The notes below the pieces were generated by a model. The model was not told where the DNA came from and did not search any database. It saw nothing but the letters and a program-made list of their open reading frames with translations. Shown here one piece after another: positions 27,201 to 38,540 of a DNA stretch of 64,000 nt. This stretch comes from Lytechinus pictus. Its lineage: Eukaryota. Location of the stretch: the NCBI RefSeq assembly GCF_037042905.1, contig NC_087245.1, forward strand, positions 29,762,001 through 29,826,000, given 5' to 3'. A program made the position numbers and the translations under genes. How positions within the stretch are numbered: the stretch's first letter is position 1; every line of letters starts with the position of its first letter.

Positions 27201-27875
27201 CAGTTTGTAAGTGAAAAAATAATGTTGCCTTCACTCAAGCAGATCTCAACAGAAGCTTTGTGGGTAGTATCATTTCATTTTCTATCTAAAATCACTGATA
27301 TTAGGACAAGGTTCACTGCAAATCAAAGCATTATCTGATGATTTGAGAAAATTAAACACAAAGTTTCAGTTATCTACCGTATTATATAATCCCTATATTT
27401 TCATCCACTATCTTATACTTTGAAAGGGGGAGGGGGACTTGCCACCTTCTTTCACACCACAGTAATTGCCAGAATAAATCTATGATGGTTGAATGACTGT
27501 AAATATTCTAGACTGGGGATATCTTGAGTATTGTTTTAGTTGTCTTCCTTGGTCCACTCCATTCGACACATTCTGCTCTAAAGAACGGTTATAAAACTGT
27601 CTATGACCAACAGATCCCGACTCTGGCAATTACTTTCAGGTGAAAACATTCAGAAGAACTAAACTTGAAAATGACATGAACATTCAATATCTGAGGTTGA
27701 ATCTTCTTACCTGCTCATCGTTGCACACAAGAACAGCCAGCTCGTCACTGATCTGCATGTAACTAACAGCATTCCACTCATCTCGCTTCAAACACTCCTT
27801 GCACCACTCAATGTCCTCTCTTTCTATCTCCTTCTCCAGCTCGGCGATGGGGCCATTGATGGATGCAGGTGCCAT
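12527..27875 (-). CDS. USPL1: SUMO-specific isopeptidase USPL1 (peptidase C98), about 923 aa. Coding exons: 27875-27711, 27177-26261, 25830-25705, 22665-22496, 13920-12527
   Basis: All junctions are GT-AG and phases join (0,2,2,1) to 2772 nt. ATG is in a caccATGG context. N-terminal CxxC...CxxxxC (WCKEC..LVCNDEQC), Cys-box QWQNENSMCWLD, Zn-finger CFSC/CPQC, His-box HFVIW..WIKCD and PPSEIHLVGWER match recalled USPL1 motifs. Long low-complexity C-terminus. Confidence 0.92.
14460..15933. mobile_element. Foldback DNA transposon with arms of about 710 bp and a spacer of about 40 bp (Sola-like termini)
   Basis: GGGTCATTCCA...TGGAATGACCC ends and a 4-bp TSD tact (14456-59, 15934-37). The mirrored ORF pair 14455-14745 and 15638-15952 reflects the inversion. 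Confidence 0.88.
16109..16742. mobile_element. PIF/Harbinger-like MITE with internal aagacc/ggtctt subrepeats
   Basis: CCATTCCACAG...CTGTGGAATGG termini, and agaccgctgaaagacc mirrored at the right end. Confidence 0.7.
16840..17292 (+). repeat. Dispersed repeat with gtctgcgca/tgcgcagac motifs. Homologous copy at about 62610-62965
   Basis: Shared blocks such as aaaatggtggaaaaa and agattttgtgaaataa..aagaaattcatgttaaatcttaac. Confidence 0.65.
17670..18309. mobile_element. Partial DNA transposon with repeated gtcccgtacgacac motifs and a TGGAATCACCC end
   Basis: The motif recurs about 6 times. The right terminus resembles that of the 14460 foldback. Confidence 0.5.
19085..19362 (+). mobile_element. 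Full-length tRNA-derived SINE
   Basis: A box tggcccagtgg, B box gttcgaatcc, shared core and an aataaa plus (ATT)n tail. Confidence 0.88.
19498..20449 (-). mobile_element. Helentron-associated/DINE-1-like element with about 4 internal tandem units of about 162 bp
   Basis: Same ends as the 11154 copy (GTCTCACCTGCA/TGCAGGTGAGAC). atgacctttgaccttg recurs at 19711, 19873, 20036 and 20228. Confidence 0.75.
22135..22401 (-). mobile_element. tRNA-derived SINE, same family as 19085. Decayed copy at about 25950-26140
   Basis: The reverse complement has cagagggtcgtgggttcgaatcc, the core and an (ATT)n tail. Confidence 0.85.
24591..25181. mobile_element. TTAA-flanked non-autonomous DNA transposon (Kolobok-like)
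   Basis: ttaa|AGGACAAGTCC...GGACTTGACCT|ttaa with inverted arms of about 150 bp. Confidence 0.85.
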
Positions 27876-30627
27876 GGTGACCTTTTTCTTACGCCCCCTT
27901 CTTCGGCGACATTTGCCCACCTAATGAAGTGAAAAGAAAAGAACATGCAAAGTCAAAACCTGCTTCAGGAATTGTGTCACTTAGTTATCATTAAACAAAC
28001 CCTAAATCTTAAAATTAACATGGAATTATTTTGGGTTTTTGTTCAAGAGAAATAAATGAACTTTATGATCCAGCATAACCCATCATTTTCCTAGTATACA
28101 ATGCATAAGTGTAATTCATGATAAAAGGATACGTACATGTTGCTTGGGGTTGCGTTATAAAATATGGATTAAGTAAATTGTGTTGTACAAGGCTATATAT
28201 AAAGCTATTAAAAAGTAAATCTATCTTGGTCACAGCTCAGATTTTTTTCAAACCACAGTAGCTGAATTGGTCTACCTCTACTCACTATACAGTACATTTC
28301 AGAAACATGAATGTTCTACTTCAAACAAAGATTTCTGTCTAAAATTGTTTGGATTTCTTACTTTAATAGTTTTAATCTGCCATGTGTAACCAGTCCACTA
28401 AAGTATAAGGTCTCAAATCAAAGAGGGGATTCCACTAATTCCATTAGTGTCAAAATTAGAAACCGAAGTATAATTGATTGATAAATAAAATCCCATGGAT
28501 TTGTATGAGCGTCAAGTCATATAAGTTTTTTTATTATTTTGTTATCACAAATTTGCACAAATCTTCAACCTTGAAGGCAGTCACAGAATTGCATTTCCAT
28601 TACTTTTGTGAAATGTACAAACAATTGTACAAAAATGTACAAACAATCTGCAGAGTGCGCTTTGACCATGTTGACGGATATGCTACACAGGGCGACACAG
28701 GTATAAACTGTAACAATCATTGATGGTAATCAATTGTCACCTTTTTATAAATACATGTAGTGTTATTCTGCATTGATTGAATCACTGAATACTCAATTCT
28801 TTTTTAGCTATCTGCAGGTGAAGTGTACTTCTTTGCTGACACAGCAGAATGACTTTGTAAATGTAATAGCAACAATAGTTTTGCCTTGCATTTGCATTCA
28901 AGCACTGACAATATATTCATAGTGGGACTACCATTGGGCAGTGAAATGCATAGGCTAGATATTATACTATCAGTTAGCACTGCTACCGGAACATGCACAT
29001 ATCCGCAGAACCAGCACTGCAAAAGTACATGTATAAGAAATATACCCCTGCATAATTATTCTTCACATATCAAGACCAAACACAACTTGATTTGTCGAAG
29101 CTACTTTTGGCTTTGAGACACAACATTCAGTCACAAAGCTAAGCTGCTTTTTCGTATTGTCCATTAACATGTATCTAGCATTGCAAAAATATGCAAATGA
29201 CCTTTTTATGTATTCCTTATCGTAATGTACCATCTCCAATGTATTGACCTTTGACCTTACCGCCTTTGGCAGGCTAGGCTTGATATCAGCCATGCAGACA
29301 GATGTACAGACGGACCAACAGACGGACCTAATGCTGCCCTTGCAGTTGGTAACGTGAGACCAAGTTAATGGTCATCAAACACGCGGGACCAAAAGAAGTG
29401 GGACCATACCACACTTCTTTGTGTGGTTAAGGCGACGGCTTCTTCTTCCTGAGCTCTTTGCTCCACAGGCAAAAAAATACAGCCAGAGGAGCTATAATAA
29501 AAGAGAAAGTGTCAAACATGTTTTAGACAAAAATCAACAACATACAGCACTCTATAGGCCTGAACAACCATCACAGTATATAAATAATCAATGAATTATG
29601 TGATATCAGCACAAATACCGGTACACCACTGACATACTTGCAGACAAACCACAGCCACGACTAAGAAACATAAGAGTAGGCCTAAATTCAGTGATAATTG
29701 TAGTGAAAAATCAAATATTAATGACACTGTCATGTTTTTTAATGATTGAATACTATAAATCACTGGTTGAAAATGAATCGCTGAACTTACAAAAATACAG
29801 TCAATATTCTATTTAAAAAAACATAAAAAAAGCTAGGAAGCACCATATCAACCCATTGCCGGCATTGGCAATATTGAACTGCAATTGCATCTCATGGCTA
29901 AAACTGAGATCACATGATGAAACTTCAACAAAATATAATAATCTTTAATATCAAGTTAGATTAAAAAACATCATTGGCACTCGCATTGCAGCGCCTTGCG
30001 GATGAATTTTACTTTTTTTCTTTAGAACTGCGATAGGCTGATAAATATCATACTATACAATTCATGATATTTATCGGCCGATGCAAGTATTTTTTAAAAT
30101 CTAGGTTGGCACTGCTCATGATTTTGCCGTCCTCTATAGACGCATTGCGTCGCTAGGATGCAATCACAAAGACAAGATGGCGACAATAACATACAAGTAA
30201 AACGCTCTTCTACTTTTAATGTTTTTTCATTGCATTTCAGCGTCACTTTATAACAAAAACTAACAATTTTTGGCCGTTGCCAACCAACATTTTTGCCCAT
30301 TTACATAAGTGTTAACATAACATTCTAAACATAACTAGCAGTTTGGCGCATTATTATTATACTTGTTATAGTTGCCCAATTCGTCGGTGCGTGTGAGCCA
30401 ATAGTATCCCGACCCAGGCTTCAAGGAGAGTAAGCCTACGTGTATAGTAGATGACTTTTACTCTCCAGAAGCCTCAAGGCTCTGAGTATAATTCATTAAT
30501 TGATGGCATGCTATGAATATGATGATGAAGCAAACACCTCATTTCTCAAATTTATTTTTTTGTAACATACCTAGGTAGGCCCTATTTCATCGAATGAATG
30601 GCGGCCACACGATTGCAAGCCGTCTGT

Positions 30628-30858
30628 GTACGAGGAGAAATAAAAAAATGTTTTTGAAATCCTCGAAACAGACGGCTGCCAGCTGTCTAGGCCAGGCAGG
30701 GCCGCGCCCTTCGGCTTTTGCGAGGCCGAGGGAAGATAAAAATTTCTCGTTTTAATCTATTCTAGATTCTAAATTTCTACATTTTTCTAGACAGCTGGCA
30801 TGTTGGCAGCCGTCTGTTTCGAGGAGTTTTTTTTTATTTTTTAAATTTCTCCTCATAC
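30628..30858. mobile_element. Palindromic MITE
   Basis: gaggagaaat..cctcgaaacagacggctgcca is mirrored by tggcagccgtctgtttcgagg..atttctcctc. Confidence 0.7.
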
Positions 30859-31298
30859 AGAGTGAAGCCAACGGAGTTCAGCTGGACAACCAACATAACA
30901 GAGACCGAAGCTTTAGTTTTGGTCTACTACAATTCTAAGTTAGACCTAGTCTAGGGTAGGCTACTTTACAGAAAATATCAGTGAAAATGGGTAGTTTAAA
31001 CGTCCAAACGTATGTTATAGTTATTGACACAAAGCAGCGCGGACGGAGTCAATGGGGAAATTGAACGTTTTGGGCCAAGTTTGAACCCTTTTTTTCTAAT
31101 TTCATTTACATGTTGGAATAACAAGACTTGTCTGAATGATCCGATTAGTACCACTTATTTTAATCAAGTAGGCCTAGGGCCTAAGTGATTTTAATATTTA
31201 TAAAACGAAGGAGATTTTTTTTTTTGTCTTCATTGGGGTCCCTAGTTATACTTAGTCTTGAGGACGCAATGATGATGATTTTTACAATAATGAAATAT

Positions 31299-34200
31299 GG
31301 TATCAGGACAACTACCCCCTGGACAATCACCCCCCGGACAACTACCCCCCGGACAATTACCCCCCAAGGACAATTACCCCCCCGGACATTTACCCCCCGG
31401 ACAATTACCCCCTGAGGACAACTACCCCCCGAGGACAATTACCCCCCGGACAACTACCCCCCGGACAATTACCCCCCCGGACAACTACCCCCCGGACAAT
31501 TACCCCCCGGACAACTACCCCCCCCGAGGACAATTACCCCCCGGACAATTACCCCCCGGACAATTACCCCCCGGACAACTACCCCCCGGACAATTACCCC
31601 CCGGACAACTACCCCCCGGACAACTACCCCCCGGACAATTACCCCCCGGACAACTACCCCCCCGGACAACTACCCCCCGGACAACTACCCCCCGGACAAT
31701 TACCCCCCGGACAACTACCCCCCGGACAATTACCCCCCGGACAACTACCCCCCGGACAATTACCCCCTATATAGACAAAGGGAGTGCACAGAGTCATACG
31801 TCGGAAATAAGAGTTAAAATAAGAGGGAGACGAGTGAAAAAAAAAAGGTCAGGGGATGACTTGGAAAATGATTAAAAAATATATTTCATGTCACTATATT
31901 AATTTTTTTCGCTCGCGCTTCGGGCTCGCATAGCCTGTTCGATGAGATACACATCTTGCTAAATAGGCTGATATGTAGCTTAAAATGTCAAGTTTTGAAG
32001 TCGATATTACAAAGCATATTTCAGCTCGGACATTATTCATAATTTTGTTTGATTTACAAACTGATTTTTAAGTGCTCTGTTTAATGTCCGTTTTATGGTG
32101 TGAATATAACTTGCAGCTTGCGCTATGCGCTAGAATTATTTGATTTGCCAAATTATATAACAAACTACTTAAAACCCCCCTTTTATGACAGTTTACCAAA
32201 AATTTCGTCTCACGATTTGCGCTCGCATTTTTGTTAAAAATATATCAACTCACAAATCCTATTCATGATTACAAAAGTGCTTAAAATATCCAGTTTTCAG
32301 GCCTCCGTGTCAACACATTTTACTCACTCATTTAGGCTTATTACATTAATAAATATGATAATGAAATTTTCATGAATTCTTAATGACTAAATTGTCCCTT
32401 TTCAGAAAAGAATATCGACAATATCACAGTTTCGTATGTTTCATATCGCGCTCAGGAAGAGGAATAAGAAAGTTGTCATCATTTTCATATGATGACAAAA
32501 TGTCCTTAGACCTAGAATGTCCAGGTCCTAGGTCAAAATAATAATGAAGATATCATTTATTAAGTGCTTTCCACATCCACTTCACAATTTCCATACACAA
32601 TGCTTTAGATAGTGCTCAAATTCACCATTTTCATACCGGAATATCAAGTATTTTCCGCTCGCGCTTCGCGCTCGCATTGCTTTTTCGATGAGATTAATAT
32701 CTTGCTCAATATAGGCTGATATGGAGCTTAAAATATCAAGTTTCGAAGTCAATATACAAAACATATTTCATCTCGGATATCGAGCTTTCATTATTTTTTA
32801 ATTTACAAATTGATTTTTCAAGTGCTCTGTAAAATGTCCGTTTTATGGTCTAAATATTAATATTTTCAGCTCACGGTGCTCGGTCGCATTATTTGATTTG
32901 CATAGGCCTACTTCTTTATAAATTCTTACAAACCGTCCTTAAAATGCACCTTAAACGAATTGTATACTATCATGATTGCCAATTTGTATAGAAAAAACAC
33001 TGTATTTGACTATGTCATATTGTTTACAATTTAGTAAATTTGGTACTTAATTTCCTTCTTTAATGTTTAATTGCTTTCACCCAAGAATAATACACACAAA
33101 CACACCTTGTAATTTACAAGGTGTTCTTGTGTGTATTATCTTTGCATAAAGTTTTTTAGCTAACTGTATTAAGTTATAAAGCCACATCTTAATCTGGAAT
33201 GTGCACCAATTGTTTCATAATTCTTAGCTTCTTGTTAGTTGAACTGTTAAAAAAACAGATTTATAGGTCTACTTGACAGTGTTAGTGTTCATAGTTGCGT
33301 TATCGACTTTCAATTTTTCTACCTATTAAGGTGGTTTTTTTTACGTTTTATCTATTTGCCTGATTTCTTACCTGAAATTAAACCCAAAATAAATATTTAA
33401 AAAAATCAGATCAGTTGGAATCAGGGATATTCAGCATATGTGATTATTATGACTAATCGTGTTCAATTGTTCTATGAAAACTTAGAATGAGGGCCAGTTT
33501 ACAAATTTTCTGATGTATATATGCATAGCCAAACGGGAGGTTTCGGGTGCAAGCCCCCCCCCCCCCATTTTTCATGATGCAGAAGGCGCCGCTAAACAAA
33601 AACAAAAAAGTAAAAAAGAAGAAAGTGAGAAAACAGGAGAAAGAGCAATATAAAAGAGAAAGAAAAAGTTATTAACGTAAGATAAAGTAGAAACCTGTGC
33701 CACCAACCAAAACTTACAATGGGTCCCGCCTTATTCTAACATTGATGCTGGAGAGAAGGGGGTATTTTCTGAAGGTAATTGTCTGGGGGGTAATTGTCCA
33801 GGGGGTAATTTTCCGGGGGGTAAATGTCCGGGGGGTAAATGTCCGGGGGGTAATTTTCCGGGGGGTAATTGTCCGGGGGGTAGTTGTCCGGGGGGTAGTT
33901 GTCCGGGGGGTAATTGTCCGGGGGTAATTGTCCGGGGGGTTGTTGTCCGGGGGGTAGTTGTCCGGGGGGTAATTGTCCGGGGGGTAATTGTCCGGGGGGT
34001 AGTTGTCCGGGGGGTAATTGTCCGGGGGTAGTTGTCCGGGGGGTAGTTGTCCGGGGGGGTAATTGTCCGGGGGGTAATTGTCCGGGGGGTAGTTGTCCGG
34101 GGGGTAATTGTCCGGGGGGTAGTTGTCCGGGGGGTAATTGTCCGAGGGGTAATTGTCCGGGGGTAATTGTCCGGGGGGTAATTGTCCTCGGGGGGTAGTT

Positions 34201-34320
34201 GTCCTCGGGGGGTAATTGTCCGGGGGGTAATTGTCCGGGGGGTAATTGTCCTCGGGGGGTAATTGTCCGGGGGGTAGTTGTCCGGGGGGTGATTGTCCAG
34301 GGGGTAGTTGTCCTAGAACC
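31299..34320. mobile_element. Foldback/MULE-like (TU-type) transposon, 3022 bp, with inverted arrays of a 15-bp unit GGACAAYTACCCCCC
   Basis: 9-bp TSD atgaaatat (31290-98, 34321-29). Arrays at about 31306-31767 (+) and 33776-34313 (-) share the same outermost variants. Confidence 0.9.
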
Positions 34321-35004
34321 ATGAAATATACTTCTTCATCATTGACGTCTTGACACTCTTCCCCCAGTCGCATAAGAGAAGGACCATAATAAAGAAATAA
34401 TTGGTATGAAACTGACAATTATTTTTAATTACGTGATAAATTTTAACATTTGCGAAATAATATTTTTTTCTATAAATTATTCATCAGAACGGCATCGCTA
34501 GCCGAAAGTACGTCATACATATTTTTTTAAAGCGGTTCAAGGGTCGACGCTATTGTACTTACATTGTTTACATGTGGATCGAGGGGGTTACTCGGCATCA
34601 GTTAGGTAAGAAACCTTAAATTTTTCACATTTTCATGTCATAATTTTTAAAACCTTCCTACACATTAGGCGTAGGAAGGTGTGAAAATTAATGAAATGAA
34701 TACAATTCAAGTGATTTTTGTTTCAAAAGATGGATTTCCGAGGGAAATCCATCTTTATTATGGTCCTTCTCTTATGCGACTGGGGGAAGAGTGTCAAGAC
34801 GTCACAATGATGAGATCTTCTACACTTGAATCCTAGTCCTCTCTGCTGAATACATCTACCTTCTCTGACTGACCTCTCTTACAATACATACTAAGCTACA
34901 TATACCATTTTGTGCAGGATCTCCCTGCTGATCTCCGAAGCTAACGGAGGAAGAAGAAGAAGAAGAAGAAGAAGTATATTTCATTATTTTAAAAATCATC
35001 ATCA

Positions 35005-35585
35005 TAGACCTTATCGCAAATAGCGTCTGTCGCGTGAGGGCGTCTGTCATCGCAGAGGATGACGGGATGCGAAAGGGGGCAAACGCGGAATCGGCTTTCG
35101 GGAAGCCATACAACGCCATATGTTTTGTGTAGTGTCACTCAAAATCCAGGTTTTTTTTTAAGTCTGATTTCTTCGTATTTAAATTATTTTGGATACTTGA
35201 ATGTAGATTTATAGAACAATCTTTGTATCATGATTGCCCAGTGAAAGTATGAACTCAATACTCACCGTATTTTCGAAGTTTTCTGGGGCTAAACTTGGGA
35301 AGATTTTGTGGGAAAAGTGAGACGGTGATTGCGGGTCATTGCCGATCGTCTTTAGAAAAGAGCACGTCGATCGGTGATCCAAATTAGATAGCATATTTTT
35401 CCATTAAAGAATATTCATGAGAAACATAATGTAGACCATATATCTCCATATAAATTTAGCTAGCCAAGTTTTTTGTTATTTTGGGGGAAATATAGTCCTT
35501 TTTTTGCAAGTCGGGCTGTTTAGTTTGATCATACAATTTCTATATAGGGGGTGCATGAGACAAATCTAAAGCCAAAAATAAGCTA

Positions 35586-35634
<49 letters not shown>

Positions 35635-36707
35635 ATAATAGGCCTATGACATGCAGAATACTATAAATCTGAATTTATTTAAATTTAAAACATTTTAAGT
35701 TTTAATAAAATTAAAAACATTTTATGATCCCGTATAGGCCCTATCCCTCAAACCTCTGTAATTTTATTTTGTCTGAAACTGGATATTTAATTAATATAAA
35801 TGATATATATTCCATTCTTTTGAAATAAATCTTATTTCAACATTTACATATTCAATTAATTTCATCGCATTCAGTCACTTCTCTTTCAGATCACCTTCCT
35901 CATTAAATTCTTTTTTCTTTTTTTTTTTGCTTATTTTTCTATCAATATACTTTCATCTATTCTCATTTTTTGTTATATTTCATTCATTATTTTGTCTATG
36001 CATGCCACTTATAAAACTTCAGAATGTCCGACCACGATCCTGAATAATTTGCAATAATATTATGTAGCCTATCTGTGGAGAGAAAAAGAAAACACAGCTC
36101 GGTTTATAGGCCTACTCTGAATAAAATCATGATTGAGATAATTATTTATGAAACATGTATTCTTGACTATCGATTGATATTACAAAAATATAACACTAGA
36201 ATAAAGTAATCAAATCTACTGCAGAGTTTGTTTTATTGATCATCATTTTATTATTGCTTGGAATTCTGGGACCAGTTTCCTCCACTGCCTCGCCGACGTA
36301 CCCCTGGGCCGAGAGTGCATGCCCGCTGTCCGTGCATACAATTCAAAGCACACAGCAGCTGCACAGCTCAAAATACGCACAGACAGTGCGCGAAAATGAA
36401 AGAAAATTGCACTTGTCTTCATAAAATCTGTGGTAATTCTTGCAGCTATAGACGGCACATATATCTCTGCCACCTATGATTAAGAAGAAAAGTAATGTTA
36501 GACTCTGGAACAAATATGACGAGGCGTTTACTGGAAGTTAGCAAAATGTTGGCTGCGGGCGTCGATCGTATTTTGATACACTGTGGAAATCGTACACTTT
36601 ATTGTCGGCTGCTTGCGCTCGCATGGTCGCATCCGGACAACAGCGGCGCTATTGCCCCCTTTGCGATCCCATGATCCTTTGCGTGAATCTATTTGCGATA
36701 AGGTCTA
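35005..36707. mobile_element. TIR element TAGACCTTATCGCAAATAG...CTATTTGCGATAAGGTCTA, part of the nested stack
   Basis: Perfect 19-bp inverted repeat pair. Confidence 0.7.
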
Positions 36708-38349
36708 TAATTATTGCGTCCTCAAGACTAAGTTATACTATAGTCTATAGATGTAGGCCTGCCCTAAGTAGTAAGTATTGTCTAACTAAAAAAAAGTAAA
36801 AACAAAAGAAAGGAGGAAAAGGGACAAGAAGGTCTCGACTGGCGATTATTCAAAATATTCATAACCTGACCGGTAATACCATTTAAAAAATGTCCTATTC
36901 ATTTGGCAGTGAAGCCCACTGCCACTGCCCTAGCACTGCGCTGCAATTGCGTCGAGTGATCGTGACAAAATGTAATAAAAAAAACCTCCACACAAACGTT
37001 AATAAACCAGAAATCTGGATCGTAATAACCCAAACATTGTCCTAGTTCGTAAAACATGTAACGAAATTGTAAAAAAATACCTTCGACTTGCAGATGCAAA
37101 GCAGAAAAACGGCTGCAGTCAGAGTCAGGTCGCAGTTGATATGTAGAAATCGATCGACGACCAAAAAACGTGGGTAGCGCGCGCGGGCAATTACTTACGC
37201 GCGCACGTACCGTACTCTGCGGTGCCGATATTATGTATACAACCTTCAAAACTTACTGAATACTGGCTTATTTTGAAGTTTGCAGATATAAATGTAAGAA
37301 AAACAAAAAAGTTAGGAATTTGTCAGACTCAAAACCAAACTTGTTTTCTTTCAAATATAGAGACAGTTTGTAGTTTGTCAATTTTCTTAGCAATAGCCAT
37401 AATAGCTTCAGCCCAAATGGGTTTTTTACGTACAATTAACAGGACACTCTAGCTATTAATTATAAATAAATATGTTTCAGGGAGAACAAATAGGGGAGTC
37501 TTTTCTTTTGATTTTCTACAAAAAATAAGTTAAACCCATTGCTCTGTCAAATAACTTAAAATAAAAAGAACGAATGCTAGATCATACATGTCTATGCGCG
37601 GTGCTTATATTCGTTGTTTATATATACTAAAACTCAGGGCTAAAACTCATTTTACTATAGTAGTAGATCTATTTTTTTTCTCAGAGTCCAGTCCGGTATA
37701 ATCTCATATGAAATGAAAGTAAAATACAATGGCTTGATGTCATGGATTTTTTTCGCTGTCCACCGATCCCCATGCCACCCCCGCCGTACCCTTCCCTGCC
37801 AACACAATAGTGCAACTGTGTATTAAATTTTGTCTGGAGGAGAGCAGCAATTATAAGGACATCTCTACTTTCATCGATGAACAGGCTCGATCAGTCCTAC
37901 AACATCGTTGGAGTAAAATAAAGTAAAGTAAGTATTAAAAAATGATAAATAAAAATACATAGCAAATATACTGCCTTCAGTGAGCCATAAAGCTTGGAAA
38001 TGGAATTTAATATCCCGGTTTAATATATTCTCAAATTTTTCACTGACACTGACGGTTTCGTTTTTTTCTGGGAAGATATATGTAATTTCCCTTCCCGTTC
38101 CTAAGCCCGTATTTTTTTCAGGAGTCGGTTCTCATGCAATAATATAGATCCTGTTCTCATTTGCAGAGGTTTAAGCTCCTTATTTCATAAGCAACTTCTG
38201 TATGGTTTCATCGCCATACATCCCAACCGTTTCCGAATCTAGCTAGAGCCCCCCCCCCCCCCCCACCCTTTTTCCGGGATATACGCGAGTAACTTGCCAA
38301 GTCGATTTGCAGGACACACAAAAAAATGGTCTGAACACGATTAGACTAG

Positions 38350-38510
38350 AAATATTGGATTGGTCAATGTTTTATCACGTGACATTCGCGGCGCGTTGAT
38401 GCAAATTTCGGCATCGCATTCCCATGTCCCCCACGGAGTCTTTTTTTAACGTTACTTATTACAGCTTAACTTGTTACTTACTTGGAAGTTTACAAACAAA
38501 TTTTTGAATG
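38350..38510 (+). promoter_or_regulatory. CENP-A promoter: 2x inverted CCAAT, E-box, GC element, octamer, CHR-like TTTGAA
   Basis: attgg 38354 and 38359, tcacgtgac 38375, cgcggcgcg 38387, atgcaaat 38399, tttgaa 38503, all within 190 bp of the ATG. Confidence 0.6.
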
Positions 38511-38540
38511 GAATTCAATTAAATATTTTTCCATTCAAAA

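Noticed and set aside
31297..34418. Long Pro/Gly-rich ORFs (GQLPP, DNYPP, RTITP repeats)
   Set aside because: They are translations of the 15-bp minisatellite in transposon arms. They are open in several frames, and C-run slippage switches frames.
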